Virus record (IMG/VR): IMGVR_UViG_3300032330_000294 | Location: 1-49,629 of that record | Length of the DNA: 49,629 nt | Reading direction: 5' to 3' (one strand) | Source of the DNA: a virus | Lineage: Duplodnaviria; Caudoviricetes | Part shown: in pieces, positions 19,595 through 30,081 of the stretch | How positions within the stretch are numbered: position 1 is the first letter of the stretch | How the letters are laid out: each line of letters opens with the position of its first letter | Translations under genes and position numbers: made by a program | The notes under the pieces: model-generated | What the model was told of the DNA's origin: nothing | What the model saw: the letters and a program-made list of their open reading frames with translations, nothing else | The model's database searches: none

Positions 19595-22500
19595 ATGGCA
19601 TTAAATTCACCAGGCGTAGAAGTAAAAGTAATTGATGAGAGCTTTTACGTACCAGCAGAACCGGGTACTAGACCACTAATCGTAGTATCCTCAAAAGAAA
19701 ATAAAAAGAACGCAAGTGGAACCGGTATTGCGGTTGGAACACTAAAAGCTAATGCTGGCAAGCCTTATTTGCTAACTAGCCAACGTGATCTAGCTGATAT
19801 CTTTGGTACTCCGCTATTTTACACTGATTCAAGCCAGAATCCAATACATGGTGGTGAACTTAACGAATACGGATTACAGGCAGCTTATAGCTACCTAGGT
19901 GTTAGCAATTCAGCATGGGTAGTACGTTCAGATCTAGATCTTGGACAGCTAACTCCAAAAGCAGTTGCTCCTAACTCTCCACCAAACGATGGTGATTATT
20001 GGTTTGATTGCCGTGATACACATTTTGGTATATTTGAATGGAATGGTTCTGCACCAACAGTAACTGGTGGCCAGAAGTTTACAAATAAAGTTCCAACTGC
20101 TGTTATCACCGATAACACAAAGATCGACAATGACGGAGCCCCTATTACAGCTATTGGTAAGATTGGTGAGTATGCTGTTGTAGCAACATCAACACTTAAT
20201 AAGATTTATTATAAGAATAAAAGCAATGCATGGGTAGTTGTTGGTTCAGACGATTGGGCTAGAAGTTATACAACTATACAGGCAACTAAAGCAGTTGGTG
20301 CACTAGAACCAACAAACAGCTTAAAAATTAACAATGTTAATATTGCAGTTAGATCATCTGGAAATAATAATATTGCTAATCTTGTAACAGATATTAACGC
20401 TAATGCAACACTAATTGGTCTAGGAATCAGTGCTGCATATGTTAATAGCAGACTAGAATTTTATTGCGGAACTGGAGTTGACGCAATCGTAATAGCAGCA
20501 GGAACAACAACTGTTACTGATTCAACCCCATTAGTTGCAACAAATGCTGCTGATAGTGCTCTTGGAATTGCAATTGGAACTTATCGTAGAGTATCATTAT
20601 CGATACAATCACATACAAAAGTTCCTCAGTATAGATCAACTGATAGTAACCCACGTCCAACAGGAAGTATCTGGATTAAGACTACTAATGTAAACCTTGG
20701 AGCAAATTGGGTTGTTAAGCAGTGGAGTTCTGCAATCAATGATTGGAAAACAGTATCAGCTCCAGTATATGCTAATAACGAAGAAGCAATTTATGGGTTA
20801 GATCGTGCTGGTGGTGGTAAGAATATTGCTAGAGGAATGCTTTATGTACAGTATAATGTTGATGAAGATACTAATCCATTAGCAACATTTACTTTATTCC
20901 GTCGTCAGCTTCCGGACCCAACAACAATAGTTAGTGCTGTTATTGACGCAGGTACTTTTGAAAATAATTCTTCAACAAACACCATTCTATCAATAGCAAA
21001 TGCTAGCACATCAGTAACATTAGGTAGTGCAGCTAGTTATCTATTAAATCAACCATTTAGAACTGGTAATTTAACACCTGCAGGTGGACTAACCGCTAAT
21101 ACAACTTATTATGTTGCTGCTGCAACTACAAGCTCAACACTAGTTACACTTAAAGCAACAACTGGTGGATCAGAAATTACATGGACCGCTGCTCACACTT
21201 ATACTACAAATAATACAGTCACAATTGGCAATACTATAGTGTATTCTTTTGATATAGCTGAAACTGACCCAGGATCATTAGGGTATGGTGATACAGTAAC
21301 AGTTACATTTGAAGCAGAAGGGGAAGTAACTGATGCAAATATTGTAGCAGGAGCTATTAATGGAGCACTACCTGAAGGCACAAATATAGTTGCTAGCGTT
21401 GACTCTCGTAATAGAATAGTAATTAATCACGAAAAAGGTGGCGAAATTGCATTAACTGAAGGTGATTATGATCCATTAGGTACTATGGGATTCATTGAAT
21501 ACAATTATGATAGTAGTGTAGGAACAGCAAACCTATATACTGCTCCAAACGGAATGGGAGTTGATTATGTAGCAACTAATTGGAAGCAATTAAAAGCAAC
21601 ATCATCAAACACAGTGCCAAGCCAAGTTCCACTAGATGGAACACTATGGTATACTCCAGTACTTGATAATGTTGATATCATGATACACAATGGTAATACA
21701 TGGGTTGGATATCTAGATGATACAAGTCCTTATTTTAGTGACATTAGTGACGACTACTTAACTGACCCAAATGGACCTCTTGTTACAGCAACAAAGCCAA
21801 CACTTCAAAGTGATGGAACACCATTACGTAATGGTGACCTTTGGATTGATACAGGAGATCTAGAAAACTATCCAGCAATGTACAAGTACGATGGTTACAA
21901 CTTAAAGTGGATAGCAATAGATACTTCAGACCAGACTACTGAAGACGGTGTTCTATTTGCCGATGCTCGTTATAACACAGATGGATCAAATAGTAATACT
22001 CCTGGCAGTATTAGTGATCTACTATACAGTAACTTTATAGATATTGATGCTCCAGATCCAGATCTTTATCCACGTGGAATGTTACTATTCAATACACGTA
22101 GAAGCGGTAATAATGTAAAGCGTTATGTGCGTAATTATATAAATGTTAACGAAAATAATATACGTTACAATGATGAATCACAAAACGAATATGCAACTGA
22201 TCGTTGGGTTAATGAAAGCGGGCTCGAAGTTGATGGTCGTGGTGTATTTGGTCGTAAGGCTCAACGCAAGGTTGTTGTTAAGAAGCTTAAGGCTTTAGTT
22301 GATACTAACCAATTGCTACGTGAAACTGAAATCCGTACATTCAACTTAATTTCTTGCCCAGGCTATGTTGAATTAATTTCAAACATGGTTAACTTAAATA
22401 TTGATCGTAAGCAGACAGCATTTGTTATCGGTGATACTCCATTCCGCTTACCAAATGATGCAACTTCAATCAATGATTGGGGAACAAACGCAAGACTAGC

Positions 22501-23191
22501 AGTTGACAATGGTGAACAGGGTCTAGTAACTTACGACGAGTATCTAGGTGTATATTATCCAAGTGGATTTAGCACAGATAACAGTGGCAACAAGATTGTA
22601 GTTCCAGCAAGTCACATGGTATTACGTTCAATTGCTCTTAGTGATGGTGTAAGCTTTCCATGGTTTGCTCCAGCAGGTACACGTCGTGGTAAAGTATCAA
22701 ATGCTACATCAATTGGATACGTTGATGCAAAAACAGGTGAGTGGCAATCAATTGCTCTCAACGAAGGTCAGAGAGATACACTATACGCTGTAAGTATTAA
22801 TCCGATAACATTCCTAACAGGTGCAGGAAATGTAATATTTGGACAGAAAACTAGAGCAGCTAATGCAAGTGCATTAGATCGTATAAATGTTGCTCGACTA
22901 GTTGTTTATCTACGTGGCCAGCTATCTAAGTTAGCTAAACCATATATCTTTGAACCAAACGACAAGATTACTAGAGACGAGCTTAAGGCAGCAGCAGAAG
23001 GCATTATGCTCGAGCTAGTTGGACAGCGTGGTATCTATGACTACCTAGTAGTATGCGATGAATCAAATAATACTCCAAGCAGAATTGATCGTAATGAGCT
23101 ATATCTAGACATTGCAATTGAACCAGTTAAGGCAGTTGAATTCATCTATATTCCATTAAGATTAAAGAACACAGGTGAGATTGGTGGCTAA
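19595..23191 (+). CDS. Contractile tail sheath protein (T4 gp18-like) with large insertions
   Basis: MALNSPGVEVKVIDES, HGGELNEYGL, PWFAPAGTRRG, SALDRINVARL, YLVVCDESNNTP.RIDRNEL, IEPVKAVEFIYI; TAAATA at 19558 and AGGAG RBS. Confidence 0.95.
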   Translation: MALNSPGVEVKVIDESFYVPAEPGTRPLIVVSSKENKKNASGTGIAVGTLKANAGKPYLLTSQRDLADIFGTPLFYTDSSQNPIHGGELNEYGLQAAYSYLGVSNSAWVVRSDLDLGQLTPKAVAPNSPPNDGDYWFDCRDTHFGIFEWNGSAPTVTGGQKFTNKVPTAVITDNTKIDNDGAPITAIGKIGEYAVVATSTLNKIYYKNKSNAWVVVGSDDWARSYTTIQATKAVGALEPTNSLKINNVNIAVRSSGNNNIANLVTDINANATLIGLGISAAYVNSRLEFYCGTGVDAIVIAAGTTTVTDSTPLVATNAADSALGIAIGTYRRVSLSIQSHTKVPQYRSTDSNPRPTGSIWIKTTNVNLGANWVVKQWSSAINDWKTVSAPVYANNEEAIYGLDRAGGGKNIARGMLYVQYNVDEDTNPLATFTLFRRQLPDPTTIVSAVIDAGTFENNSSTNTILSIANASTSVTLGSAASYLLNQPFRTGNLTPAGGLTANTTYYVAAATTSSTLVTLKATTGGSEITWTAAHTYTTNNTVTIGNTIVYSFDIAETDPGSLGYGDTVTVTFEAEGEVTDANIVAGAINGALPEGTNIVASVDSRNRIVINHEKGGEIALTEGDYDPLGTMGFIEYNYDSSVGTANLYTAPNGMGVDYVATNWKQLKATSSNTVPSQVPLDGTLWYTPVLDNVDIMIHNGNTWVGYLDDTSPYFSDISDDYLTDPNGPLVTATKPTLQSDGTPLRNGDLWIDTGDLENYPAMYKYDGYNLKWIAIDTSDQTTEDGVLFADARYNTDGSNSNTPGSISDLLYSNFIDIDAPDPDLYPRGMLLFNTRRSGNNVKRYVRNYINVNENNIRYNDESQNEYATDRWVNESGLEVDGRGVFGRKAQRKVVVKKLKALVDTNQLLRETEIRTFNLISCPGYVELISNMVNLNIDRKQTAFVIGDTPFRLPNDATSINDWGTNARLAVDNGEQGLVTYDEYLGVYYPSGFSTDNSGNKIVVPASHMVLRSIALSDGVSFPWFAPAGTRRGKVSNATSIGYVDAKTGEWQSIALNEGQRDTLYAVSINPITFLTGAGNVIFGQKTRAANASALDRINVARLVVYLRGQLSKLAKPYIFEPNDKITRDELKAAAEGIMLELVGQRGIYDYLVVCDESNNTPSRIDRNELYLDIAIEPVKAVEFIYIPLRLKNTGEIGG

Positions 23192-23201
23192 GGCCACCAA
23201 T
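23180..23201 (+). terminator. Hairpin spanning the sheath stop codon
   Basis: ATTGGTGGC-TAAG-GCCACCAAT perfect 9-bp stem; weak U-tract, so it may be a processing/stability hairpin. Confidence 0.45.
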
Positions 23202-23238
23202 TACAATAATAAATACATACATAAGTTAGGAGTCTAGG

Positions 23239-23865
23239 ATGACAATTTCAACATTAACTAAATTCAGTGTACCACTTGATTCAAATCAAAGCAGTGCATC
23301 TCAATCATTATTAATGCCAAAGCTACAGTATCGCTTTAGAGTGACACTACAAAACTTTGGTGTAACTACCCCAACTACAGAACTAACAAAACAGGTTATG
23401 GACGTAACACGCCCAAGCGTAACTTTTGAAGAAATTACTTTAGATGTTTATAATTCTAAAGTTTATCTAGCTGGCAAGCACTCATGGGAAGCAATTACAC
23501 TTAACTTACGTGAAGATGTTAATGGTAATGTACAGGCACTTGTTGGTGAACAGCTACAGAAGCAGTTTGACTTCTATGAACAGAGTTCAGCTGCTAGCGG
23601 TATTGATTATAAGTTTACTACTGTTATTGAAATACTCGATGGCGGTAACGGTCAGTTTGTTCCAAATGTACTAGAAACATTTGAACTATATGGTTGCTTC
23701 ATACAGAATGCTAACTATAACAGCTTAAATTATACTGAAAATTCTCCAGTAAATATTACACTATCTATACGTTTTGACAACGCTATACAGTCACCACAAG
23801 GTACTGGTGTTGGAACAAACGTTGGTCGTACAATTGGAGCACTATCAATAGGCGCCGGCGGTTAA
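23239..23865 (+). CDS. Tail tube protein (T4 gp19-like)
   Basis: PKLQYRFRV, YLAGKHSWEAITLNLRED, ETFELYGCF, ITLSIRFD; follows the sheath; TAAATA at 23210, AGGAG RBS. Confidence 0.9.
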   Translation: MTISTLTKFSVPLDSNQSSASQSLLMPKLQYRFRVTLQNFGVTTPTTELTKQVMDVTRPSVTFEEITLDVYNSKVYLAGKHSWEAITLNLREDVNGNVQALVGEQLQKQFDFYEQSSAASGIDYKFTTVIEILDGGNGQFVPNVLETFELYGCFIQNANYNSLNYTENSPVNITLSIRFDNAIQSPQGTGVGTNVGRTIGALSIGAGG

Positions 23866-23891
23866 TACAATTAATTCTAGACTCTAAACTA

Positions 23892-23923
23892 AAAGAGACC
23901 AGCGTAAAAACTGGTCTTTTTTT
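23892..23923 (+). terminator. Rho-independent terminator
   Basis: AAAAGAGACCAG-CGTAAAAA-CTGGTCTTTTTTT. Confidence 0.8.
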
Positions 23924-23941
23924 ATGAATATAAATAATACT

Positions 23942-25528
23942 ATGGCAAATAAATTTCAACGTTTTTTAGGACAAGTAGCTTTAGGATTCTTAGAGCCTAA
24001 AGGTAATATGGCAGATTTCCAACATGCGTCTAGGCTCTATGTTGATGATACTTTCCGTTTAGCACCAAAAACTAAATTCCTATATTATGTTGTTTTTAAT
24101 GTTAATCCAGATGCTATGACTGATATTAGTTTTAAAGATAGGCACAAGTTAGAATTAAATTATCTTGTTAAATCTGCCGATTTACCTAAATATTCATTTA
24201 AAACTGAAAATTTAAATCAATATAATCGTAAAACAACTGCGTATACAGCCATTCAATACGAACCAGTTAATCTAACTCTACATGATGATAACAACGGAAT
24301 TACTAATACACTATGGGCATTATATTATGGCTATTATATTGCAGACAGAAGCAATTCGTATAGTCCTGATTCGGATACTAGTCCAACTGCCTATGAAAGG
24401 AATACATATTTTCCTAAAAGCATGATGCCATTTAGGTATGGATTAGATAATGAATCAGACGCTCCATTCTTTAATAGTATACAATTATTTACTCTTTCAA
24501 GACAACGTTTTTTTAGCTATCTCTTGTGTAACCCTAAGATAACAAAATGGGATCATGACACTGTGGATCAATCAGACGGCCGCGGTGTATTAGAAAATAA
24601 AATGACAATAGCATACGACTCAGTCATTTATAATTCTGGAGTAGTACAAGAAGACGATCCTGCAGGATTTGCAGTATTACACTACGATAAAACACCAAGT
24701 CCGATCGCCAATGAGGAAATTTTACAAGATGGTATAGCAGGAGTTTTTGGAGATGTATTTTCTATAAATTCATTAAGTGGCGGAAGAATGATGGGAGGGC
24801 TAGTTGGTGGAATACTTAACGGAGTATTAAATAATATTAGTCCCTATACTAATACTGGAAATCGAGCACCTTATGGGTACGGACAACCGACATTCTATAA
24901 TCCGAGATCATCGTTGGGGTCAAATAGTGGATTTCAACAATACGGATTTGGAAATGGAAATGCACAATTAGCAGCATTAACAGTTGCTGGGGTTGGTTTA
25001 GCAACTAAAGGTTTAGGAAATATTATTAGTGGTGTTGGATCTTTATTTTCTAATTCAAACGGATCAACAATAGCACAAGACAGGTCAAAAACTGTAGAAA
25101 CACCAAATGGTGAAACTCCAGCAGCAAGTGATGCGTTTGGACCACCTGCTCCAACAGAAGCTCAATTGGCACAAGAAAAGAGATATGCAGAAATGGATGC
25201 AGCTGATCAAGAAGAAGGCGCTGCAATGAGGGCGGCAGCAAGAGCTGATGCAGCAGATCGAGAAGACCAAGAACAGGGAGCTGCTATGAGACAAGCAGCT
25301 AGAGACCAAAGTCTAGATGATGCTGATCAAGCAGATGGAGCAGCTATGAGGCAAGCAGCTAGAGACGCCGAGGCAGAACGACAAGATCAAGAAGAAGGCG
25401 CTGCAATTCTGAATAGAGAACCTTCAGCAGGAGAAGAACCAATAACAAACGACACACAAGATATTATAGATGCACAAACACAATTCCAAGGAAATGATGA
25501 ATTTTCTGTCGGAAGCGCATGGGGATAA
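23942..25528 (+). CDS. Baseplate-tail tube junction protein (gp48/gp54-like tube fold) with C-terminal acidic repeats
   Basis: APKTKFLYYVVF, LVKSADLPKY, NQYNRK...YEPVNLTLHDD; start MANKF lies 5 nt after TATAAATA (23929-23936). Confidence 0.65.
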   Translation: MANKFQRFLGQVALGFLEPKGNMADFQHASRLYVDDTFRLAPKTKFLYYVVFNVNPDAMTDISFKDRHKLELNYLVKSADLPKYSFKTENLNQYNRKTTAYTAIQYEPVNLTLHDDNNGITNTLWALYYGYYIADRSNSYSPDSDTSPTAYERNTYFPKSMMPFRYGLDNESDAPFFNSIQLFTLSRQRFFSYLLCNPKITKWDHDTVDQSDGRGVLENKMTIAYDSVIYNSGVVQEDDPAGFAVLHYDKTPSPIANEEILQDGIAGVFGDVFSINSLSGGRMMGGLVGGILNGVLNNISPYTNTGNRAPYGYGQPTFYNPRSSLGSNSGFQQYGFGNGNAQLAALTVAGVGLATKGLGNIISGVGSLFSNSNGSTIAQDRSKTVETPNGETPAASDAFGPPAPTEAQLAQEKRYAEMDAADQEEGAAMRAAARADAADREDQEQGAAMRQAARDQSLDDADQADGAAMRQAARDAEAERQDQEEGAAILNREPSAGEEPITNDTQDIIDAQTQFQGNDEFSVGSAWG

Positions 25529-25537
25529 AGGACAACA

Positions 25538-25912
25538 ATGACAAAAACTAATTTACCAACAAGCACAGTAACTGATAGCACAGCTAGTACAAAGGAATTT
25601 TTTAATTCATATTACAACGAAGGAATAGCATTATCAGCAACTGATGTAGATAATGCTGTTGGATTTTTTGAATCAAAAGGATTTGATGTTACGGCTGCAA
25701 ACTCAATAGCAGCTACCCTATTATCACAATCAAAGATAGAAAATGTAAATGTATTCCAAATAATAGACACACTTAAAGGATTAAACGATTTACAACTTAG
25801 TCGTGTAGTATCTGAGATATTAAACTATAATAGGTTAAACATAAGTACTCTAGGTTATAAAATAGATACAACAGCTGATAATCAATTTGAAATAAGAAAC
25901 GTATTAGCTTAA
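25538..25912 (+). CDS. Hypothetical protein (124 aa), morphogenesis cluster
   Basis: AAGGA RBS; TAATG coupling to the next gene. Confidence 0.6.
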   Translation: MTKTNLPTSTVTDSTASTKEFFNSYYNEGIALSATDVDNAVGFFESKGFDVTAANSIAATLLSQSKIENVNVFQIIDTLKGLNDLQLSRVVSEILNYNRLNISTLGYKIDTTADNQFEIRNVLA

Positions 25913-26349
25913 TGGGAAAATTTGCACAAGGAAGGTTTGATCCTAAAAATCCAGAAAAATACATAGGAACTAAAACTCCTATATATCGTTCTAGTTGGGA
26001 ATGGACTTTTATGAGAACTTGTGATGAAAATCCTAGTATACAACAGTGGGCAAGTGAATCAATAAAGATACCTTATAGAGATCCTACTACTGGAAAACAA
26101 ACAGTATATGTTCCTGATTTCCTAATAGTATATGTTGACAAAACGGGAAAGAAACACGCAGAGATAGTAGAGATTAAACCAGCTAATCAAACTGTGCTCG
26201 AACAAGTTGGAAAAAACTTTGGTAGACAAATGCAGTATGTTAAGAATATGGCTAAATGGGAAGCTGCTAGAGCATATGCTAAACAGATGGGAATAAACTT
26301 TAGGATCATAAATGAGAATGATTTGTTCCACCAAGGTAAGAAAAGATAA
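25912..26349 (+). CDS. Head completion nuclease (T4 gp4-like, TnsA-type PD-(D/E)xK)
   Basis: GRFDPKNPEKYIG, YRSSWE, WASE..IPY, YVPDF, EIKP, N.AKWEAA. Confidence 0.9.
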   Translation: MGKFAQGRFDPKNPEKYIGTKTPIYRSSWEWTFMRTCDENPSIQQWASESIKIPYRDPTTGKQTVYVPDFLIVYVDKTGKKHAEIVEIKPANQTVLEQVGKNFGRQMQYVKNMAKWEAARAYAKQMGINFRIINENDLFHQGKKR

Positions 26350-26359
26350 TAAGTAATTC

Positions 26360-26863
26360 ATGAGCAATAAACTAGAAGAACTATTAAATCTTCCTGAACA
26401 TAGAGAAGCTATGAAAGAAGTTGAAAAAGAAATTAAAGCAGCTTCTAAAGAACTAGTTAAACAGGAAGAGATTGAACAGACTCTAAGAGAGTTTGATAAA
26501 GTTAACTTAGCATTACCAACTGTAGACGGACTTGGATTTGCTAGCGATAAAGAGTTTGATGAACTAGCGGAGAAAGCAACTAAAGCATACGAAGATCTAA
26601 TGGATCTAGGTATGAATGTAGAAATGCGTTATAGTAGTAAGATATTCGAAACTGCTGCCGGTATGCTAAAGAATGCAATTGATGCTAAAGCAGCTAAGAT
26701 AGATAAGAAACTCCGAATAGTTGATCTACAGCTAAAGAAACAGAAACTTGAATTTGATAAGAGTGGAAAAGGCAACGATGATAGTAACACACTAAATGTT
26801 ACAGACTACGTTGTAACTGATCGCAACAGCCTAATTGAGAAACTAAAAAAGATAGATAAATAA
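26360..26863 (+). CDS. Probable terminase small subunit (gp16-like)
   Basis: Helical protein (AYEDLMDLG...IFETAAGMLKNAIDA...DRNSLIEKL) upstream of the large subunit; TAAGTA at 26350. Confidence 0.55.
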   Translation: MSNKLEELLNLPEHREAMKEVEKEIKAASKELVKQEEIEQTLREFDKVNLALPTVDGLGFASDKEFDELAEKATKAYEDLMDLGMNVEMRYSSKIFETAAGMLKNAIDAKAAKIDKKLRIVDLQLKKQKLEFDKSGKGNDDSNTLNVTDYVVTDRNSLIEKLKKIDK

Positions 26864-26881
26864 TTAATAGGAATCGCAATC

Positions 26882-27367
26882 ATGAAGACTTTTAAAGATT
26901 ATATCACAAAGAGAACTTTTGACTTTAGGATTAAAGTCGCTGGAGAATTACCAGCTAAGTTTGAATCAGTTTTAAAAACATCACTAGAGAAGTTTGGTGT
27001 TGCTAGCATGACTACAAGCAAGACTCCAATACAGAAATTACCTCTAGACTTTCCTGGAGTAGATAATGCCGAAGTCCATATTTACGAAGTATGTCTAAAC
27101 TATCCAGTAATCCCACCTGTGCTTAGATCATATGTTATGGAAAAGACAGGTGTTCCAGAAGCAAAAATTGTTGTAAGGAATGTTAGAGACAACGAAGAAG
27201 AATATCAGGAATATGGTGATTCAACTCAGAAGCCAGAGAAGTATGTTACTAAGTTAACATCAGATTACGAAACAGACGCTAAGATGGATAAGATAGCCCA
27301 AGAGATGGTCGGCGAGAAGAGAGCGTTTGATCTCCTTAAGGAATTATCCAAGAAAGAAAAGGATTAA
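26882..27367 (+). CDS. Hypothetical late protein, possible head/internal protein
   Basis: Starts MKTFKDYI, similar to the T4 capsid-targeting N-terminus; TAAATA at 26857. Confidence 0.5.
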   Translation: MKTFKDYITKRTFDFRIKVAGELPAKFESVLKTSLEKFGVASMTTSKTPIQKLPLDFPGVDNAEVHIYEVCLNYPVIPPVLRSYVMEKTGVPEAKIVVRNVRDNEEEYQEYGDSTQKPEKYVTKLTSDYETDAKMDKIAQEMVGEKRAFDLLKELSKKEKD

Positions 27368-27371
27368 GAAA

Positions 27372-28463
27372 ATGACAGACATGCTCAAACTATTAAAGAT
27401 CGTTGACAAGGTTGAAAAGCCTGTCATGCTTAACGAAGCCGTATCACTAAACATCAGTGCTAACGGTGACTGCCCGGACGATATTACATCTATCCTAGGT
27501 AAGTTAGTTAACTTATCTAATCCATCAACATCAACACAAGATATGACACCACATGGTGGACATAAGGATACTATGATGGCAACTATCGCAAATGTTGGTG
27601 ACTATGCTGATCAAGCAGCACATGATTATGCTGATGATATGGGCGAAGAATATGCTAATGAACCAAATCCAGAAATATCTGATGTAGGGTATATGACTAA
27701 GGATCTTGCTGGTGGTCTTAACAAACCAAAGAAGCAGTTCAAGAAGGAATATCCAGGCGACAATCCAATGACTATGGAAGAGGCCCGTGCTGCTGAACTA
27801 ATGTTAGAATATAAGAAGTTAATAGAAGGTAATCCTATTAACAAGCAAAAGAAAAACGCTGCTGTTTCAGCTGTTGGTGCTAAGAACAGAGAAAAGCATT
27901 ATCTAACTAGAATGAATCCAAATCAGGCTGATAAGATCCGTGGACGCGAAGTTACACAAGGTAAGGATCGTAAATGGCACGGGACAGATAATCAAGATCG
28001 TATGGACGAACTATCTAAAAAAACTATGGGATCTTATATTAATAAATCAGTAACCGATCTAGCAGTTAATGCTCGTATGGCCGCTGGCAAACCTGGATCT
28101 AGCGAAGAAAATAAAACTGCTATAAAAAGAGTAGCAGGTATAAAGAGAGCAGCCGACAAACTAAGTAGAGAAGCAACTGATCCACGTGATTCACTACCAC
28201 AAACATATAGACCAAATAATACCGGATATGCTTGGGATAAACTATCAACAAGATCCTCATCAAATCCTAAAGATAGTAAAGCAACTAAGAGTGGAAAACA
28301 ATTAGGACTAAAGCATTCGATAAAAGGCGCATTAGGTTCTCATGGTCCAAAAGGACATCTACCAGAAGCAACTGATAAGAAGCCAACTGATGATACTAAG
28401 AAGAAGAAGTCTGAAAAGATGAAGGCTTACCGCGCCGATAGAGATAAGAACGGCGAAGACTAA
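27372..28463 (+). CDS. Putative internal head (poly)protein
   Basis: Start MTDMLK at 27372; acidic N-half, basic C-half; several hydrophobic-x-E sites. Confidence 0.5.
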   Translation: MTDMLKLLKIVDKVEKPVMLNEAVSLNISANGDCPDDITSILGKLVNLSNPSTSTQDMTPHGGHKDTMMATIANVGDYADQAAHDYADDMGEEYANEPNPEISDVGYMTKDLAGGLNKPKKQFKKEYPGDNPMTMEEARAAELMLEYKKLIEGNPINKQKKNAAVSAVGAKNREKHYLTRMNPNQADKIRGREVTQGKDRKWHGTDNQDRMDELSKKTMGSYINKSVTDLAVNARMAAGKPGSSEENKTAIKRVAGIKRAADKLSREATDPRDSLPQTYRPNNTGYAWDKLSTRSSSNPKDSKATKSGKQLGLKHSIKGALGSHGPKGHLPEATDKKPTDDTKKKKSEKMKAYRADRDKNGED

Positions 28464-28467
28464 TATA

Positions 28468-28490
28468 TATGGGGGCAACTAGTCCCCATA
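28468..28490 (+). terminator. Hairpin between the 27372 gene and the terminase
   Basis: TATGGGG-GCAACTAGT-CCCCATA, overlapping TAAATA at 28489. Confidence 0.45.
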
Positions 28491-28499
28491 AATAACGTT

Positions 28500-30071
28500 A
28501 TGGGTAAAAGTCTAGATGGCGTTATCGTCAAACGAGCAAATCGAAAAGAACGATATACTGAGAGCCAGATTGATGATCTAGTGAAGTGTCTCGACCACGA
28601 AACTGGTCCTTACTATTTCCTCCGCAACTTCTTTTATATACAACATCCAGTTAAAGGTCAACTGTTATTTGATCCATTTAATTACCAACTTAGGCTAGTA
28701 AACAGTTATCACACTAGTCGATTCAATGTTAATCTATTGCCTAGACAGAGTGGTAAAACTACCTGCGCCGCTGGATACTTGCTATGGTATGCTATGTTTG
28801 TACCAAACTCTACTATATTAATTGCAGCACACAAGTATAGTGGATCTCAGGAAATCATGCAAAGAGTGCGATATGCTTACGAACTCTGTCCAGATCATAT
28901 ACGCTGTGGTACTACTAGTTACAATAAAGGTAGTATTGAATTTGATAACGGATCACGTATTGTATCAACAACTACTACTGAAAACACCGGACGCGGTATG
29001 GCTATCTCATTACTATACTGTGACGAGTTTGCGTTCGTTCCGCCCAATGTTGCTACTGAGTTTTGGACTTCAATATCGCCTACACTAGCAACTGGTGGTA
29101 AGGCAATTATTACTAGTACTCCAAATAGCGATGAAGATCAGTTTGCACTCATATGGAGTGAAGCTAATAAAAAGTTTGACGAGCATGGAAATGAAACAAC
29201 TTTAGGTATAAATGGGTTCTCAGCGTTCCAAGCATTTTGGTATGAACACCCAGATCGAGACGACGAATGGAAGAAAGAAGAACTAGGAAGAATAGGTGAA
29301 GAACGCTTCCGACGTGAATATAATTGCGAGTTCTTAGTATTTGACGAAACTCTTATTAGTAGTATCTGTCTTTCAGAATTACAAGGAGTAGAGCCAAAAG
29401 AAAAACTTGGGCAAGTGCGTTGGTATAGCAAGATCGATCCAAAGCAAACATACCTCATAGCCTTAGATCCTAGTCTTGGAACAGGTGGAGATTATGCTGC
29501 TATACAGATATTTGAACTGCCTACTTTTAAACAAATAGGCGAGTGGCACCACAACACAACTCCAGTTACATCCCAAGTAAAGATATTAAGAGATATAACA
29601 CAACACATATACGCACAGGGTAATCCTCAGATATACTGGACAGTTGAAAACAATACACTAGGTGAGGCAGCACTAATAACTATTAAAGATATTGGTGAAG
29701 AAAATATACCTGGATATTTCCTTAGCGAACCTATAAGAAAAGGTCATGTAAGGACTTTCCGTAAAGGATTTAATACTACACATCGTGTTAAAGTAAGTGC
29801 TTGTGTAAAGTTAAAATCACTTATTGAATCAAGAAAGATGACTGTTTATAGTAAACCATTTGTATCAGAACTAAAGACATATGTAGCAAGTGGGTTAGGG
29901 TTTAAGGCCAAGACAGGTGAACATGATGATCTAGTATCAGCAGCGTTGCTTATATGTAGGATGGCGCAGGTATTAGGCGAGTGGGATTCAACTGTATATG
30001 ATAGTTTATCGGAATTTACAGACGAAGTGGATCTACCAATGCCAATATACATAACCAGCTTTCTAGGATAA
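28500..30071 (+). CDS. terL: Terminase large subunit (T4 gp17-like)
   Basis: Walker A PRQSGKTT, Walker B LLYCDEFAF, IITSTPN, RNase H-like LDPSLGTGGDY, HDDLV. Confidence 0.96.
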   Translation: MGKSLDGVIVKRANRKERYTESQIDDLVKCLDHETGPYYFLRNFFYIQHPVKGQLLFDPFNYQLRLVNSYHTSRFNVNLLPRQSGKTTCAAGYLLWYAMFVPNSTILIAAHKYSGSQEIMQRVRYAYELCPDHIRCGTTSYNKGSIEFDNGSRIVSTTTTENTGRGMAISLLYCDEFAFVPPNVATEFWTSISPTLATGGKAIITSTPNSDEDQFALIWSEANKKFDEHGNETTLGINGFSAFQAFWYEHPDRDDEWKKEELGRIGEERFRREYNCEFLVFDETLISSICLSELQGVEPKEKLGQVRWYSKIDPKQTYLIALDPSLGTGGDYAAIQIFELPTFKQIGEWHHNTTPVTSQVKILRDITQHIYAQGNPQIYWTVENNTLGEAALITIKDIGEENIPGYFLSEPIRKGHVRTFRKGFNTTHRVKVSACVKLKSLIESRKMTVYSKPFVSELKTYVASGLGFKAKTGEHDDLVSAALLICRMAQVLGEWDSTVYDSLSEFTDEVDLPMPIYITSFLG

Positions 30072-30081
30072 ATAACTTATA

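Noticed and set aside
25912-26349. TnsA-like endonuclease as evidence of a Tn7-like transposon
   Set aside because: Motifs and position match the T4 gp4 head-completion family; no TnsB/TnsC or transposon ends.
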